This document shows positions 13,386 through 26,384 of a stretch of 64,000 nt of DNA, one piece after another; position 1 is the stretch's first letter, and each line of letters starts with the position of its first letter. The stretch is from Octopus sinensis (taxonomy: Eukaryota), in contig NC_043003.1 of the NCBI RefSeq assembly GCF_006345805.1, forward strand, positions 79,856,001 to 79,920,000, read 5' to 3'. The position numbers and the translations under genes were made by a program. Under the pieces are notes generated by a model. It did no database searches. It had not been told where the DNA came from and was given only the letters and a program-made list of their open reading frames with translations.

Positions 13386-14109
13386 ATCATTCACTCAAAC
13401 GTATATATTATCTCTGAAAGGGATCTCCATTTAAAAGGGATAAAGTTAAAAATTCTTTTCTATTTCTCGAAGACTGAAATCCAGCAGTACAAGTTAATGC
13501 AATATAAACTACTTTCTAGAGCAGCCACTAATTATAACGCTGAACCACACGAGTCAACGAGGTTGTTTCTGTATAGCAACCGAATATGTTGGAAGTGCAA
13601 CCAAATCCATTGCAAACCAAACCCCTTCCATTATTAAAAACAAATATTGTCTTGAAAACTTTGTTTGAAAAATAGATGTGATGGTCATGGTTGAAACATT
13701 TTAATCAAAGATATAACTAATCAGAGATGACATGCGCAAAAAATAAAAACTGAACTGTACTTATATATCATTATCGTTAATAAACTGAACCTAGCCGTCG
13801 AATATAATTTTTAGAAGCAAATGTGTTTCCAGAAGGTAGGAGCAAATATTTTTTCCATTCACAAGAATTTATGGAGTTGGTACTCATCAGTGTTAAAAAG
13901 ATAAGAAATTTTTTTTCCATGGCCAAAACGATGATCCATTTATTTTATCGCTAGCGATATTTAGCTGGAAGCAACAACTAATAGAAAATCAACTCCTTCA
14001 GCCTCAAGCTGACGCCGTAGCGACGTGACCAATGTAAGTTGATAATAATTTATGTCTAAACTGACTGCCACAACTAGCATTATTATGTGATAAAAGACAA
14101 ATGACCAAC

Positions 14110-14320
14110 TTGGTAGAGTCGTTAGAGGCTCGGACAAAATGCTTAGCAACATTTTCTCCGACTCTTTATGCTTTGATTTAAAAAATCGTCGAACTATCAA
14201 CTGTGTTATTCATCCTTTGAGGTCAATAAAATGAAATACCTCTCAAGTACTGAGATCGATGTAATCGACTTGCCCCTCCACTCAAAATTACAGGCCTTGT
14301 ACCAAAATTAGAAAGAATTA
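14110..14320 (+). mobile_element. SINE family B, degenerate
   Basis: cggacaaaatgcttagc..ctcaagtactgagatcgatgtaatcgacttgcccctc..ggccttgtaccaaaattagaaa. Confidence 0.7.
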
Positions 14321-15519
14321 TGTAAATGACGTTAAACTAAGCAGCAGATAATGTCAGTGTTACATAAAGAGAAGCGAACTCCAATGTTTCAAACCGATCG
14401 TTAGAAGAATGATCTCTGCTTTCTTCCGTATTTTCTTAGAATTGTAGAAGCTGCTGTTATTTAGTTACAGTACGCTTCTGGTTGAGCAAATATATGTGCT
14501 CGTACTTCTTTTAAACGGTCGGATGTGATCTGAAGGAACTTTGTGTGCTATTTCTAGCAATTCGATTGACTCCATAGAGGCTTCTTCATTGGCTCATATT
14601 GATATTAACGTCATTCCAAACGCAGATTATACCGTATCAATAACACACTTGGCGGATATATAACCAGTCGAACGAATAAGTGCGGTCGACATATCAACGG
14701 TTCCAGAAATACCGTGTCTCTGTTTATCTGTGGCCGTAGTATACACTCAAAGACGCAGTTGTTTATCGAATTTTAGTGTCTAGCTTTGATTTTTGTTTGT
14801 TTAACATTCTACTTTCTCAAAATAAATATATCCATAAAATTAAAAATTTTTATGAAGCAAAATATATCCAAGCTTGTTAAAAAAAAAACTTGTAAAATTT
14901 CTGGCAACTTTTATTCATTGATTAGTTAAATATTTATTATTTCTATGTATTTTAATGATCGTTAAAAAAAGGAACGAATAAAATTATAAGTAAAACGTTC
15001 AGAGTATTTTACACACTACTTATGTATGATGTAGATAATCAGTTATAGATTTTCTGTCCAAAGCGAGTACCAAAATCAAATTTGTATTTAAACAGGTCAT
15101 TTATTATATTGTGCCATAATTTGGTTTCCAGTCTAGGCAGGAGGCCAATTTTTCCAAAAGAGGTTTATAATCGATTAAATCAACACCCAATGTACTACTA
15201 ATGAGGACATGGAATATTGAAACGTTAGGGTGTATGACAACTGATTGAGAGGTCTGTGTTTCATATCATATTACCAGCATTGTATAATGTCCGTCAGAGG
15301 CCAAGATATTTAACTTAAATATTTGCATTTTAACTCTGTTTGTGCTTAGACGATATTCTACCGACAGAATTCTTCCCGAAGTATGCTGCAGCAACACTAT
15401 AAAATTTACAATTGTGTACTTAGCTCTTTCTTTTGCTAAACTGTCCAACACCCTCAAGTGACATTATACAAACACATTTGTGGTGTCACACCAACCAGTA
15501 CTTTAATTCTTACATCTTT

Positions 15520-15788
15520 ACAAAGCCACAAAGCTTGAAGGGAGAGCAATGTAGCCAATTATACAGACCTAAGTATAACTGTCGGAGCCCTGGGAACAGT
15601 GAGTAAAAATCTTGAGAAGTACGAGGAACAAATAGGGGCTGTAATAAGGGTGGAGGGCTTGCAGAAAACATCACTGCTTGGAACCGCTCGAATACTTCGT
15701 ATGCTGCTCGAAAACTTAGTTCGCTGGTAGTGTACAGCTGACAACGTAGTATATACCCAGCGTTAGAAGCTGTGCGAAGATAATAAAA

Positions 15789-15790
<2 letters not shown>
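15520..15790 (+). mobile_element. Dong/R4 LINE 3' end fragment
   Basis: VGALGTVSKNLEKYEEQIGAVIRVEGLQKTSLLGTARILRMLLEN from 15581, then a 3' UTR and ACT/AAT tail. Confidence 0.8.
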
Positions 15791-15868
<78 letters not shown>

Positions 15869-15885
15869 ATAATAATAATAATAAT

Positions 15886-15923
<38 letters not shown>
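15788..15923. repeat. (ACT)n(AAT)n tail
   Basis: Direct reading. Confidence 0.95.
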
Positions 15924-15924
<1 letters not shown>

Positions 15925-17635
15925 TCTTTCTAATATAGGCGCACTTATTGATAGTATCATGGTCCTTTAAGTGCCAGATGTAAGCTGTTGTGGTTAAATC
16001 TTAATATAGACGTTTATTTAGGATTAGATTTGTCTGTCATTTGCTTAACGTAACTGAAATCAGAAATAAGCATTAACTCAATGAGTGTATAAAATGTGAA
16101 GCTGAATAAAAACAAAAGATCCTATTGTGTTAGATATGTGCGCTCAGGAGAATTTGATGCTGAGCTGCAATAAATTCGATTGCAGTGAGGCATAGAAAAA
16201 GCTGACATTTCAGTCAATGGCTTTTCGATAGAGTGAATTAGATTATTGCCTGGGCAACAACGTTCCTAAACCTAGCACGGGTATTAAAATGCCCCTAATA
16301 TATAAATGCTTAATTGAAAACAGGTGTTTTAATAAGTATGAAGGTCTTTCGAAACTATCTCGACATGCATCTCATTTGAAGTACACTCAATTTGAAGGTG
16401 GTCATGTTCAAAAACACTTTGTGATGATCGTTTGGTGGCATTAGATGAGATCCTAAAAGAGTTAACCCTGCTGGTCGTTGTTGTTGTTGTTAAGCAACAA
16501 GACGGGTAAGGGTGATTAGGTGATGGTCTAGGGTTTAGGGGCGGGAGACCCTAGACCTTGGAAAAAAACTTTGGTCGTCTTGTTGTAGCCGAGGGCTCTC
16601 CGTAGACGCTCGACACCACTGGGAGGTGGCCCTCGAACTCGCTGGAAATGGAGATCTCCAGGTCCAAATTCTTGGACGGCTAGCTCTGCTGGTAAACCTG
16701 CAAGCATCGATAAGATAGATAACAGTAAAGGACTGATGCTAATATTACAGACTTTTCCTTCAATTTTCGCCCTTGCAAAGTAATATTAGATCAGCGCTGT
16801 GATAGAATCAATTGAACGTTTCCAAGTATTTGGTTTCGTCCATCTTTTACCAGACTTTATAACCTGAAGAAGTTAACTGCTTTTCTTCTTTCTGGGATTG
16901 TCAGAATACGCAGCACTCATATAACACATTAGTTATAATTCACTAGAAACGTAGTAAACAAAATTGTGGCCATATACCAATTTGAGAAAAAAAGCAATTA
17001 TTTTGACTTTACTGACACTGTCAACTGTCAGGTTGTATTTATGATATGCAGTTTCAGTGTATAGAAATGTTGCAATAATTTGCGCAAATGTTAGCAATAT
17101 CTTTCATCTATTACAGAGAAAGCGCAGCAGATTTTCATTTCAAGACATGCCTTACCTAAATATTATAAGAATAGACAGACAATAAACATGCCACTTGATT
17201 TTCATTTGAAATCGGAAAAAGCTTTTGTAAGGGGCCAAAACGATCTAAAGAAACGTTTAGAATTCATGGTTTGCATATAGTTCAGACCAAACCGTATGCC
17301 GTGATACATTACAGCGTTCAAAGTGCATGCAGTCATTATATTAATATTTAAGAGATATGTAATTAACGGCTTTAGAAAAAAAATCCATAAACAAAGCGTG
17401 TAAATCATAATTTTCTTCGAGGTAAATATGATTTATAAGACAACAAAAGCAACGATTTCCTAGATATTTTTTCCTCTAATTTCTAAATTTCAAAAGATAT
17501 TTTAAACTTCCATGTGAACTTAGCCTCTGACGCTCCGGTAATTGCTAATGTCATTTCCTGTGTATCTCGAAGTCAAAAAGATTGATAACCACTGGTGTCA
17601 CAATTTTGATCATTTTAAAGAGGGATAGGGAATAT

Positions 17636-17860
17636 TATGTATGTATGTATGTATGTATGTATGTATGTATCTATTCAATCAGTATGTATGTGGTCGTGTG
17701 TGTGTGTGTGCGTGTTCGTATGTATGTATGTATGTATGTATGTATGTATGTATGTATGTATGTATGTATGTATCTATTCTATCAGTATGTATGTGGTCGT
17801 GTGTGTGTGTGTGTGTTGGTATGTATGTATGTATGTATGTATGTATGTATGTATGCATCT
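17636..17860. repeat. (TATG)n/(GT)n tract with ~103-bp internal duplication
   Basis: ctattc(a/t)atcagtatgtatgtggtcgtgtgtg occurs at 17671 and 17774. Confidence 0.85.
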
Positions 17861-17869
17861 ATGTATATA

Positions 17870-18420
17870 CTTCTGGAAATTTTTACACATTTTTACACTT
17901 GCAGTGATGGATTGGATCTGTTGTCTTCGAATTAGCTTTCTATTTTCTGGTTTGAGAAGTCTAATTTCTCAAAATTGATATTTAGGCAGTGTGTTACATA
18001 TCCCAGAGCCCCAATAATTACAGGTATAAACTTGAACTTCTAATCTGGATAGAGTAACTGCAGATTTCTCAATAGATCAGCGTAGGTGTTCTTTTTTTCA
18101 CTGATCTGGCCAGCTAATTTCCTCAACTGAGCAGTTTCTCTTCTCTATCCCAATTCATCATAAGTCTGTTGTGCTTACATTTTACTGAGGTCATCACTGC
18201 TACATTCCATCAGTATTCCTTTTTATTATGAGTGGCTATGGCTGCTACCATATTGTGGGTTCTTATTTCTTTGTCCTCGGAATTATCCACAAAGTCTGCA
18301 TCGGATGTTAAACGGTTTTACCTGCATATCAGGTACTTGATTGATATTTCCTGTTACTGGATTGCAAACGCATACTCTTCGGCTATTGGTCCATGATAAA
18401 CTGCTTTGATGATCAATGTT
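17870..18420 (-). mobile_element. Dong/R4-type LINE 3' fragment
   Basis: LLRNLQLLYPD..FKFIPVIIGALGYVTHCLNIN on the minus strand; DHQSSLSW motif near 18400; inverted homolog of 19915-20240. Confidence 0.8.
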
Positions 18421-18440
18421 ACTATCATCACGGAGCTTTC

Positions 18441-18471
<31 letters not shown>

Positions 18472-19139
18472 TGTATGTATGTATGTATGTATGTATGTAT
18501 GTATGATGCTCCTTTCATGATCGAAAGAGCGCATCACTGGCCATAGCCCTATGCAAGATGCCAATAATGCCCGTGCATGAGGTTATTGTACCAGAACTCG
18601 GCTTTACCCGGGTTCACAATTGCGGCTTTCTATTTAACAGGACATCGGATAGTTGCTTGGCAGGCGATCACTCAACCTAAAATTTTAGGTCCAATAAGGT
18701 TTTCACCGTAGCTCATTGGATCTTTCCTCTCTAACATCATGATCCAGAGATGCGCCATGCAAGATATCCAGTGACAATATAGGTAGCAGGTTCACCAACG
18801 TAGGAGCGCAATGTCGAATGCTGCTCCCTGCATCGTATAGAAACATGCTTTCAGAAGAGCTAAGAAGTTCTTTACTTCCGGTAGTCCTTTCAGGAAAAGA
18901 GGGAATGTAGGAATGTGCCGAACAACTTTTACTAAATAATGATGTACTGTCTTAAGTAACAAAACAACGCAGTGTGACAGAATGACTTGACTATAAGAAG
19001 GCATTCGACTCTACCCATCATTCATAGCTGTTGAAGTAGCTACAATCTTAATTGCTGCTATACAGAGATTCACAAAGATACGAACAACTATTCTTACCCT
19101 TACAGCTGAGAACAGAATAATTGTTTCTAATAGTATAGG

Positions 19140-19260
19140 AATTACAAATGGAATATTCCAAAGAGAAACTGACCGTCTAATTCGTACATTACAAATGCAA
19201 TCTCTGAGTGGAACAATAAAAGTATGCAAGACTTTTCTCAAGTTCCAAATGTGAATTTGT
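19140..19260 (+). mobile_element. Dong/R4-type LINE extreme 3' fragment
   Basis: LIRTLQMQSLSGTIKVCKTFLKFQM*, homologous to the LIRRQQIQSITGSVKTC end of the neighbouring copy. Confidence 0.6.
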
Positions 19261-19439
19261 TTGTGTTAACTATATCCCAAACATGGCGCCTTGTATCTTT
19301 ATTGAAAACCGACTCCCTCCTCAGTGGAAGATTTATAATAATTAAAAAATAGAAGAGCCACATACATACGTACATACATACATACATGCATGCATAGTAC
19401 CTGTAAACACACACGTGTCACTAAAGAATAATACAACTG

Positions 19440-20250
19440 AATAATGAAAATTTGCATTCAATACAGCTGTGGCCCACAATGTGTTTACAGTGCTAGTACT
19501 CATACCAACATTTGGATGATTGATGCGATCCAAGCCATTGATGCAAAAACCGAAAATTACTAACAAGCACACATTATTTCCACGTAAACAATGACATAGA
19601 ACGCCTCTACCTAAAATGAAAAGAAAGCGTCAGAGGCTTAACACCGATCCAAAAGACCTTTGAAAGTTGCATCACATCCTTTCGACACTATATTCTAACC
19701 ACCAATTGTTGAAGTGCATGCATCCAAGTTTACATATATGATGCTGATAATATCATAACACTTGGAAGGTAGCTCCTTGAGCAACATTCTTTGTCTGATA
19801 ACGTGGAATACATGCCCAAAAAGTTGCATCGCTCTACTGCATCGTATCATCACATGAAAGAATGAGCCTATATGAGCAGAAGACTATGCATGGATATGTT
19901 AGTAAAAAGCTCCCATATGATATTAACGCCGATCATCAAAGCAATTTATCATGTACCAATTTGCAATCCAGGAACAGAAAATATCAACCAAGTACCTGAA
20001 GCCCAGCAGACGTTAGCAGAATTTGAAGATCAGTGAAAAAGAGAACAGCTACGCTGAACTATTGAGAAATCTGTAGTTACTCTATCCAGACTACAAGTTC
20101 AGGTTTATACGTGTAATTATTGGGGCTCTGGGATATGTAACACACTGCCTAAATATCAATCTTGAGAAATTAAGCTTCTCAAAACCAGAAAATAGAAAGC
20201 TAATTCGAAGACAACAGATCCAATCCATCACTGGAAGTGTAAAAACCTGT
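19440..20250 (+). mobile_element. Dong/R4-type LINE fragment with internal deletions
   Basis: FHVNNDIERLYLK, DHQSNLS, ISEKENSYAELLRNL*LLYPDYKFRFIRVIIGALGYVTHCL; (CATA)n tail. Confidence 0.8.
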
Positions 20251-20599
20251 ATATGCATGAGAATACATACATAAAGCAAAATATACAAATCTGCTCATAT
20301 ACATACATACATACATATAAGCAAGCAAAAATACTCTGTTGTTGATGTTGAAATTCCAATGAAAGTGACTTGGATCTAGGTTAGAAACCGGCTCTTTCTC
20401 TATTGGCAGGCAAGAAATCTTGAAATAAACTGAACACTGACATGCATATATACATACAAACATACATAATACATGCATACATACATATTCATACGTACGT
20501 ACGTACCCACACATACATACATACATGGATACATATAGAGTGTCCAGCCTAAATGTGACAGTTTGAATAGAGGAAAAGAAATCACAATGTCGCATCGGA

Positions 20600-21260
20600 C
20601 AATAAAATATCATTTAGATATGGGGGATAACAGTTTACTCAAAATAACCACCCTAATTTTTCACCAGATTTTTAAGACGACTCTGGAAACCGGTGTATGC
20701 TTTCCTCCCTGTGTCGTTGGGTAGGAAATATTTGAATACATCTTTGATTTTGGCCACCAGATCGAACTTGGTCTTGCTGGCAGAGCAGAGGGTATCTGTT
20801 TCAGCAGCTCTCCACTCAGAAATCTATGGTATTACAATCGGGGGAATTACGATGGCAGAAATTAGGGCGGGTGAATTTGCATAAATTCTTCAGCAAACAT
20901 GGCCTTCCAGCAGCAACCCACTCAAACCAGATTTTTACCAGTTTTTCACACAGTCGTCTGAATTGAGGCTAAGGCCCTGTTTAAAGTCGTTGGAAGAGGA
21001 CTGGCGGGCGGACGCAGTCAGAACGCCTGGCGTGTCTAACCTGCTGGACATGCGATCGTAGTCTCCGTGACAGTTGTCCATGTCTGATGTCTTTTATAGT
21101 GTTCATCAGAGCATTGAGCAGCAGTCCTAAAATCGGCATTTTCTTACGCGGCGCGAATCAACTCGGTACATGTAACTCTTTTCCAATATTCAGTTGGTTT
21201 CCTGTCCTTCATGTCACCTAACTTTTTCTTGAGTACATCTTGAATTTTCATAATTCCAAA
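20600..21260 (-). mobile_element. Tc1/mariner-superfamily transposase remnant
   Basis: Minus-strand PNFCHRNSPDCNTIDF (SPDLNP-like motif) and WVAAGRP; heavily frameshifted; TIRs not identified. Confidence 0.5.
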
Positions 21261-22948
21261 GCCATTGACTCTTCACCAATACATCAAGATGTTTCTGATA
21301 AAACTGTGACATATATAAATCGTCAAATTTAGCCCAAACACGCTGTATGTAAAAATTTTGTTAGAAGCAGCTCTAAGGATGTAAACAATATAGATGTCAC
21401 ATATCAAAATATCGATATCTGTCGTTCTCGTTCGCCTACGGGTTGATTCGCTGCGCTTGGGTTTGAGGTATATAGTGTTTTCTTAGCACTCTACGTTTTA
21501 AAGGGACTTTTCCTGGGCGAAATAGCGCAGCCTAAAAGCTTTTAAACAAAGCACATACGTGAAACATGTAACATCAATAATGCATAATATATATATATAT
21601 AGATATATGTATGTGTGTGTGTGCATGCGTGCATGTGTATGCGTGTGTGTATTTTATTAGTTAAAATTCAAAAATAAAAGGCTAATCTTTGTTTTATCAA
21701 TCGTTTATATTTTACTTTCGGCGATTTGTCCGCTATTAATTCTATAAGGTTTGTTACAAAACTCAAGGTAACACACTCATATCAATGAATGAAGAATTTT
21801 GACTTCTAATTCTCAGAACGTGAGAGACTGCAGAGAGGATTCTTTACTAGTTCATGAACATAATTTTAGTGACAATAGTGATAGATGAAAGAAAACAATT
21901 CTTTTACTTATTGGAATTTAAAATTAATCGGAGAAAATGGACATAACTTTCTTTCTTTATTTCTCAGACTATTAAAAATATATAAAACAGTATAAAGTTT
22001 AGCGTTTAATAATCATATTAATTGTTGTGCTATCTAAATATTTTCATTATAGAGGACTTGCCTTGACAATTCATATTGTAACATGACAGACATCTTTCGT
22101 CGATCTCTGATTTCTTTCTATATAAATAACATTCTTACTATATTTGCTCTAGCAATTATTTTAACGTTTTACATTTAACGTGTATATCAGGTACTAATAA
22201 ACACGTATCTGTACATTATACAGAATTCTGTCAGGCTATTTTAACTGCAGACAAAGAAACAACTTAAGAAAAAATTCTACTTCGAAAATTTTTGACGTCG
22301 AACAAAGTAACCATATTAAACACCTACTATGACCCACCAGTCATTTTTACAGCTGGAAATGTTGTTGCTAATAAAATCTATTTATCATTTATGGACCACA
22401 TATGTCTAGCTCAGTATTTAACAAGTTATCAATTTTATTCGGTTTAGGCTTCTTAATTTCCTGCAATCCATCAGTTGTTCAATAAAGAAGAGACATTTTT
22501 TATATTATGAAAGGAAAATTTCAAATCTAAACTATTGTACTTAAAATTCTTATTCACGTCCAATTATCTAAAGTATTTGGTGAGAAGAGGTTAGAAGGTG
22601 TTCAATTAGCTCTCTTTCTCTCCCATACTTTATTGAACAAACACACACTAAATAAAATAAATAAATATAAATTCTCCGCTTGTTTAAATCCAACATCATT
22701 TGTTGGATTTATTTGGTAACCGGCAAAGTTGTGTTTGTGTCGTTCCATTAACACTCGACCAATAAGTTGAAATTCTTTATTCGATTCTTGTCATGATTAC
22801 CGGCAAACGATGTTTTGGAGGTTGTTAGCGATGTTTAATTTGATGTTTGTAATGTGGAAGAAGGCAGTGTACAGTCTACAGATCAAGAAAATTTATCTGA
22901 AAAAGAAAACTCAGCCAAACACTAGAAAAGTTCAAAAGAGAGTCAAAA

Positions 22949-23371
22949 TCATTGCCCAGCAATATGACATACGCTTTGTAATTTATTTCACGAAAATTAA
23001 ATCGGTTTATATCGTTGGATTTAGGTTTTATGTGATTAAGGTAGATAGCAATTAACGGAGCACGTACAAGAACGAGTTGACAAAAGTATTGAAAAATTTG
23101 TGAGGAATACAAAAGTTCTCGAGTTGAGTTTTGTCTATCTCTCCTTTCATATACTGATTCAATTGAATAATTATATACATGGTTAGTTTTCAGTTAAGTT
23201 ACGTCAATAAACTCAAAATAGAGAATTTCGATGGTACAATGAAAAATGTCATGGCGAACCCTAAAATTGACAAATTTAGTTAACTCCCAATGTTGAGTTG
23301 AAGCCGAGTAGAAAGCATCAAGAGAAGCACTGTTGTATTTTCATCCTTGAATACCTACATAAAGCTAATTT
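22949..23371. repeat. Left arm of 423-bp inverted repeat
   Basis: Reverse complement of 24008-24430 with few substitutions; ORFs 22876..23112(-) and 24267..24500(+) share an identical N-terminal ~50 aa. Confidence 0.95.
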
Positions 23372-23435
23372 TCAGTGGGCCCTGGGTCACCTTATACATT
23401 AAGCAACATATAAACAAATATGGTAAATGGGAAAT

Positions 23436-23850
23436 AGGCGCAGGAGTGGCATAGGCGCAGGAGTGGCTGTGTGGTAAGTAGCTTGCTAACCAACCACATG
23501 GTTCCGGGTTCAGTCCCACTTCGTGGCATCTTGGGCAAGTGTCTTCTGCTATAGCCCCGGGCCGACCAATGCCTTGTGAGTGGATTTGGTAGACGGAAAC
23601 TGAAAGAAGCCTGTCGTATATATGTATATATATATATATAAGTGTGTGTGTCTGTGTTTGTCCCCCTAGCATTGCTTGACAACCGATGCTGGTGTGTTTA
23701 CGTCCCCGTCACTTAGCGGTTCGGCAAAAGAGGCCGATAGAATAAGTACTGGGCTTACAAAGAATAAGTCCCGGGGTCGATTTGCTCGACTAAAGGCGGT
23801 GCTCCAGCATGGCCACAGTCAAATGACTGAAACAAGTAAAAGAGTAAAAA
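23436..23850 (+). mobile_element. SINE family A, full length, with duplicated 17-nt head
   Basis: ggcgcaggagtggctgtgtggtaag..gttccgggttcagtccc (A/B-box-like) ..gaaacaagtaaaagagt tail; closely matches 58086. Confidence 0.92.
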
Positions 23851-23903
23851 AAGAGAGTAATACAAATAAAACGAAAGCCAAACGTTTTCAGTCAAGTTAT
23901 GTC

Positions 23904-24515
23904 AAGCGGCGAGCTGACAGAAGCGGACAAAATGCTTAGCAGTATTTTTCTGAGTCTTTACTTTCGGAGTCCAAAACTTGTCGTAGGCAACTTTGCCTTT
24001 ATTTCACAAATTATCTTTATGTAGGTATTCAAGGATGAAAATACAACAGTGCTTCTCTTGATGCTTTCTATACAGCTTGAACTCGACATTGGGAGTTAAC
24101 TAAATTTGTCAATTTTAGGGTTCGCCATGACATTTTTCATTGTACCATCGAAATTCTCTATTTTGAGTTTATTGACGTAACTTAACTGAAAACTAACCAT
24201 GTATATAATTATTCAATTGAATCTGTATATGAAAGGAGAGATAGACAAAACTCAACTCGAGAACTTTTGTATTCCTCACAAATTTTTCAATACTTTTGTC
24301 AACTCGTTCTTGTACGTGCTCCGTTAATTGCTATCTACCTTAATCACATAAAACCTAAATCCAACGATATAAACCGATTTAATTTTCGTGAAATAAATTA
24401 CAAAGCGTATGTCATATCGCTGGGCAATGAAATAAAGTACCAGTTAGGACTGGAGCCGGTGAAATCGATTAACCACCTCCAACCAAAGTTACTGGCCTAA
24501 TACCAAAATTTGAAA
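23904..24515 (+). mobile_element. SINE family B split by the inverted 423-bp insert
   Basis: Head 23904-24007 (gcggcgagctgacag..aactttgccttt); tail 24431-24515 (aataaagtaccagt..ggcctaataccaaaatttgaaa). Confidence 0.75.
24008..24430. repeat. Right arm of 423-bp inverted repeat
   Basis: See left arm. Confidence 0.95.
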
Positions 24516-24544
24516 TTATTATTAAATTATTTCCATATAGGCCC

Positions 24545-24905
24545 AAGCGTAGGTGAATAGTAAGCAGTTTGCTCCTCAACCACGTGCTTTCAGGTTCAGT
24601 CTCACTGCGAGGCACCTTGAGCAAATGTCGTATAGCCTCAGGCCGACTAAAGCCTTGTGGGTGGATTTAGTAGACGGAAACTCTGTATGTGTGTCTGTCT
24701 GTCTGTGTTTGTGTCTGTGTTTATCCCTCACCACTACTTGGCAACTGATGCTAGTGTGTTTACGTTTCCGTATTTAGCGGTTCGTCAAGTGATATCGATA
24801 GAATAAGTGCCAAGCTTTAAAAATTACCAGAGTCGATACATTCGACTAAAAAATCTCCAAGGCGATGCTCCAGCATGGCCACAGTCTAATGACTGAAGCA
24901 ATTAC
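24545..24905 (+). mobile_element. SINE family A, older copy
   Basis: ccgactaaagccttgtgggtggatttagtagacggaaac..ctccagcatggccacagtctaatgactgaa. Confidence 0.85.
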
Positions 24906-24919
24906 AAGACAATATATAT

Positions 24920-24971
<52 letters not shown>

Positions 24972-25669
24972 TTAAAAAATACATATGGTTGATTTAAATA
25001 TTCTTTGTGATTCTTAGTTCTTGAATAATTTTAAGCAAGACTGGACCACAGGTCTCTGTTAACCAAACCACAATATTGAACTACATGATTCACGAGTCTC
25101 TAGTGACTGAACTTACAAAAGGAACGCCTACTATATTCATCGCACGATAATATATATCAATAATATTTGTTATTTTAAAATTATTATTTTCTGACACAAT
25201 GAAACTGTCTTGACAGGAAAATTCGTGTCAGATTTTAGATGTCAGCGTTTGGCAATTTACTAGCGTATTCTTGCCATCAATAATGCAGTCAAATACGACC
25301 GTCTTAATTAAACATATTGATAATTATTACAAAATAAATCTAAAATATATGTCATTTGTTAATGATCATTATAGATGTCAGAATAACGGGAAATTGACGT
25401 CAAATTAAAGTAAAGGAAAGATTGATATCGTTGGGTGTTAACTTTAATCTTGGCATGAGTACTTCTTATCGTATGTTTACTACAAATTATTATCTGTTGT
25501 GTTTGTAAATGCATAGCTTTACAATACTTACGCATTTAGATAAATGCACACATATACTTTCATACATATATATGTAGAGATACTAGAATTCTCCATTTAA
25601 GATTCGTGGGTTGAACACATACACAAAATCACACACACACACACACACACACACATACATATATGTTAA

Positions 25670-25851
25670 ATGCTCGAAATACGAGAGTAGAAAAAACAGC
25701 CGACAACTGATGAAAGGTCGTTTTTTGTGTTGTTTGTTTTGTTCTCCATTTATGTCTTTCGTTGTTTGAAAGAATAGTTCATGTTCCATGCACTCGTGCT
25801 TCGTAGATTTTTGTTGTACACGTTTCGTGACGTCCTATGCCCTCATATGCC

Positions 25852-25855
<4 letters not shown>
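25670..25855. repeat. Unclassified dispersed repeat related to 60985-61160
   Basis: Shared order cgaaa..gaca(a/g)ctgatgaa(a/g)gg..ttgt.ttgtttgt.ttgt.ctc..ttccatg..ctcatat then (TA)n. Confidence 0.45.
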
Positions 25856-25924
<69 letters not shown>

Positions 25925-25992
25925 CATATATATATACATGCATATTGATGGAAGTATGTACATATATGTAGGTATATATGCATATATATATA

Positions 25993-26384
25993 CGAGCAAA
26001 ACGCCCCCCAATGGACGGTGCTGAGTTGTCAAACATTTAAACCATATTTTCTCAAATCAACTTGTCCGACCGTCCCGTAGGTAACCCCTTTGAGAAACGC
26101 GGATTTAACCTAAATTTGAGACACCAGCAAACTGCACGTGCATTTTTCTCGCGTACGCATAGTACCGATCGCAACAGCTGATGTACTTGCACGTACAAAT
26201 GCACGTTCGCATTGCTTTATCGATGGCATTCTCACATGGAATCGATTTTTGTAATTTTTTCAAGACTTATACACGCCCTGATACCGTCGGTATTTACATA
26301 AATTTAAGCGCAATCGGATGGAGGATGCCTGAGATCCTAGAAGACACACACACACAGACAGACAGAACGGATTTTATATAATAG

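Noticed and set aside
23436-23520. tRNA-like sequence at SINE A, B and third-family heads
   Set aside because: A/B-box-like motifs are present, but they are fused to SINE bodies in many diverged copies and I found no intact cloverleaf; not called tRNA.
22876-24500. Two ORFs sharing an identical N-terminus (MYSSQIFQYF...)
   Set aside because: A product of the inverted duplication, with TTG starts and no domain.
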